In this document: one piece after another, positions 61,818-64,000 of the stretch
Position numbering within the stretch: the stretch's first letter is position 1
How the letters are laid out: every line of letters begins with the position of its first letter
Assembly: GCF_004010195.1 (NCBI RefSeq)
Contig: NC_057718.1
Coordinates: 103,976,342-104,040,341 of the forward strand
Length of the DNA stretch: 64,000 bases
Source: Chiloscyllium plagiosum
Lineage: Eukaryota
Direction of reading: 5' to 3'
The notes under the pieces: model-generated
What the model was told of the DNA's origin: nothing
Database searches by the model: none
Seen by the model: the letters and a program-made list of their open reading frames with translations, nothing else
Program-made: the position numbers and the translations under genes

Positions 61818-64000
61818 CCCTCATCAATCTTTTTGGTTACTACCTCAAAAAACTCAATCAAGTTTGTGAGATACAATTTCCTTCACATGAAACCATGCTG
61901 ATTATCCCTAATCAATCCTTGCCTCTCCAAATGCATGTAAAGCCTATCTTTCAGAATCCCTTCCAACAACTTACCCACCACTGATGTCAGACTCACAGGT
62001 CTATAGTTCCCAGACTTCTCCTTACAGCCTTTCTTAAATAAAAACCCAACATTAGCCACCCTCCAGTCCTCCAGTACTTCACCTGTGGTGATAGATGGTA
62101 CAATATTTCTGCTAAGGGACCCCATAATTTCCTCCTTAACCTCCTACAACAAACTCGGATATACCTGATCAGGACCTGGAGGTTTACTCACCTTAATGCT
62201 TTCTAAGACCTCCGGCTCTTCCTCTTCCGTCATGTGAACTGTTTTCAAAACATCAATATTTATTTCCCTGAGTTCTCTAGCCTACGTTTCTTTCTCCACA
62301 GTGAATATAGTTGCAAAATATTCATTTAATATCACTCCCATCTCCTGAGGTTCAGCATAAAGATGACCTCATTAATCTTTAAGGGTCTCTAGTCTTTTTC
62401 TAAGTTCTCTTTTGCTCTTAACGTACTTGTAGAATCTCTTTGGATTATCCTTAACCTTATCTGTCAAGGCTTATCTCATATCCCCTCTTTGCCTTCATGA
62501 TTTCCATCTTTAAAAGTGCCCCAATACTCTGTACTGTTATAAAGATTCATTTGATCCCAGTTGTCTATATCTAAGGTGTGATTCTTTTTTATTCTTGTTG
62601 AGAACATCAATATCTTTATTTATTCATTGTTCCCTAATCTTACCAGCCTCACCTTACTCTAATGGGAACACAACGCCTCTGAAGTCTCATTATCACAGTT
62701 CTGAAAGTCAGTTGTTCCTTTATCTGCGAATGATCTACTCCAATCAACTTTTGAAAGTTCTTATCTCATACTATTAAAATTTGCCTTACTCCAATTAAAA
62801 TCTTTAATTTTTATGGAAGGCTTATCCTTTTTCATAACTATTTTAAAACTAATAGAATTATGATCACTAATCCCAATGTGTTCCCTACTAACACTTCATT
62901 CATTTGCCCTGCCTTATTTCCCAAGAGAAGGTAAAGGGTTGCTCCTTCTCCAGTAGGAACATTTACATATTGATAAAGAAAATTATCTTGAACTCTTTTA
63001 ACAAATTCCTCATCATCCAAGCCTTTAACAATATTGCAGTCCTAGTCAATGTTTGAAGTATAAAAATCACAAATGATTACAACCTTATTATTCTTTAGAA
63101 AATCTGCAGTCTCTCTACATATTTGCTCCTCAATTTCCTTCTGAATTTTATGAGGCCCTATCGTACGATCAAGATGATCATCCCTTTGTCATTGCTAAGT
63201 TCTACCCATATATTTTCACTGGATGATCCTCTCTAATGACAGTAGTAATGTTTCCTTTATTCAAAAATGCCACACCGCCTCCTCTCTTGCCTCCCTTTCT
63301 CTCATTCCAATAGCATCTAAAACCTGGAACGCTGAGCTGTCCATCCTGTCCTTCCCTCAGCCAAGTTTCTGGACTAGCTATCCTGTCCTAGTCCCATGTT
63401 CCAATCCATGTCCTGAGTTCATCAGCCTTACCTGTAAGACCCCTTGCATTGAAATAAATGCAGTTTAAGTCTTCAGAGTTACCTCGGAGTTCTCTGACAT
63501 TCTCTTGTCTACCTTTTCTAATTGGCTTGTTCTTTTTAGAGTCAAAACCTTCTTCATCTGTCTCTCTATTTTCTCTGCTATTTAGGAACCCAATAGTTTC
63601 CAGGGTCCTGAAACAGAACTAGCAAATCTCCCCACGAGGACATCCGTCCCTTTCCAGTTTGGGTGAAACCCAACCTTTTAGAACAGGTCTTTTATATCCA
63701 AGAAGAGATCTCAATGATCCGAGAAACTGAATCCCCGCACATTTCACCACCTCACAATTTATGTCCTTTATCCTTTTATTCCTTCCTTCATTAGAACGTC
63801 GCACTAGCGTAAACCAGAGGTTACTACTTTTAATGTTCTGTTTTTTTAACCTTCCACCTAACCTCTTATACTCACTCTCCAAAGTCTTAACCCTTTCCCT
63901 AACTATGTCACTCCTACCAATATGTACAATAACTTCTGGTTTCTCACTCTCCCCTTTAACAATAAGCTCCAAATGTTTTGGCACCAGGAAAGCAATATAC
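61818..64000 (-). mobile_element. CR1/HER1-like LINE: degenerate ORF1 (SGNH esterase-like) and ORF2 (endonuclease to start of RT)
   Basis: KPEVIVHIGRSDI (ORF1-like); EEFVKRVQDNFLYQYVNVPT..ATLYLLLGN; EDWRVANVGFLFKKG..GNYRPVSLTSVVGKLLE..NQHGFM; LTNLIEFFEVVTKKIDEG. Confidence 0.92.

Overview
Repeat-rich, apparently non-coding vertebrate DNA from a cartilaginous fish. The HE1-type SINEs, CR1/HER1-like LINEs and a Deu-domain SINE point to a shark; this is inference from repeat content. No host protein-coding gene, rRNA, tRNA or CRISPR array can be supported. The long ORFs are read-throughs of four minisatellites (33/32-bp, 30/29-bp, 26-bp and 24/25-bp units) or transposon remnants: CR1, Rex1/Babar, Penelope GIY-YIG, Gypsy integrase and RTE. 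The most interesting signals are: (1) two copies of a composite, Rex1-tailed non-autonomous element, each carrying a different internal minisatellite; (2) a ~535-bp SINE-plus-flank segment shared with a site 47 kb away and sitting inside another SINE; (3) many Penelope-derived hairpin elements with minimal hammerhead-ribozyme cores; (4) a solo LTR with a 5-bp TSD that appears repeatedly invaded at its TATA box; (5) several repeat-free, homeodomain-motif-rich islands resembling conserved enhancers, plus one microexon candidate. Family names come from my recall of known families, not from a database search. Boundaries of old repeats are approximate (about +/-20-50 bp).
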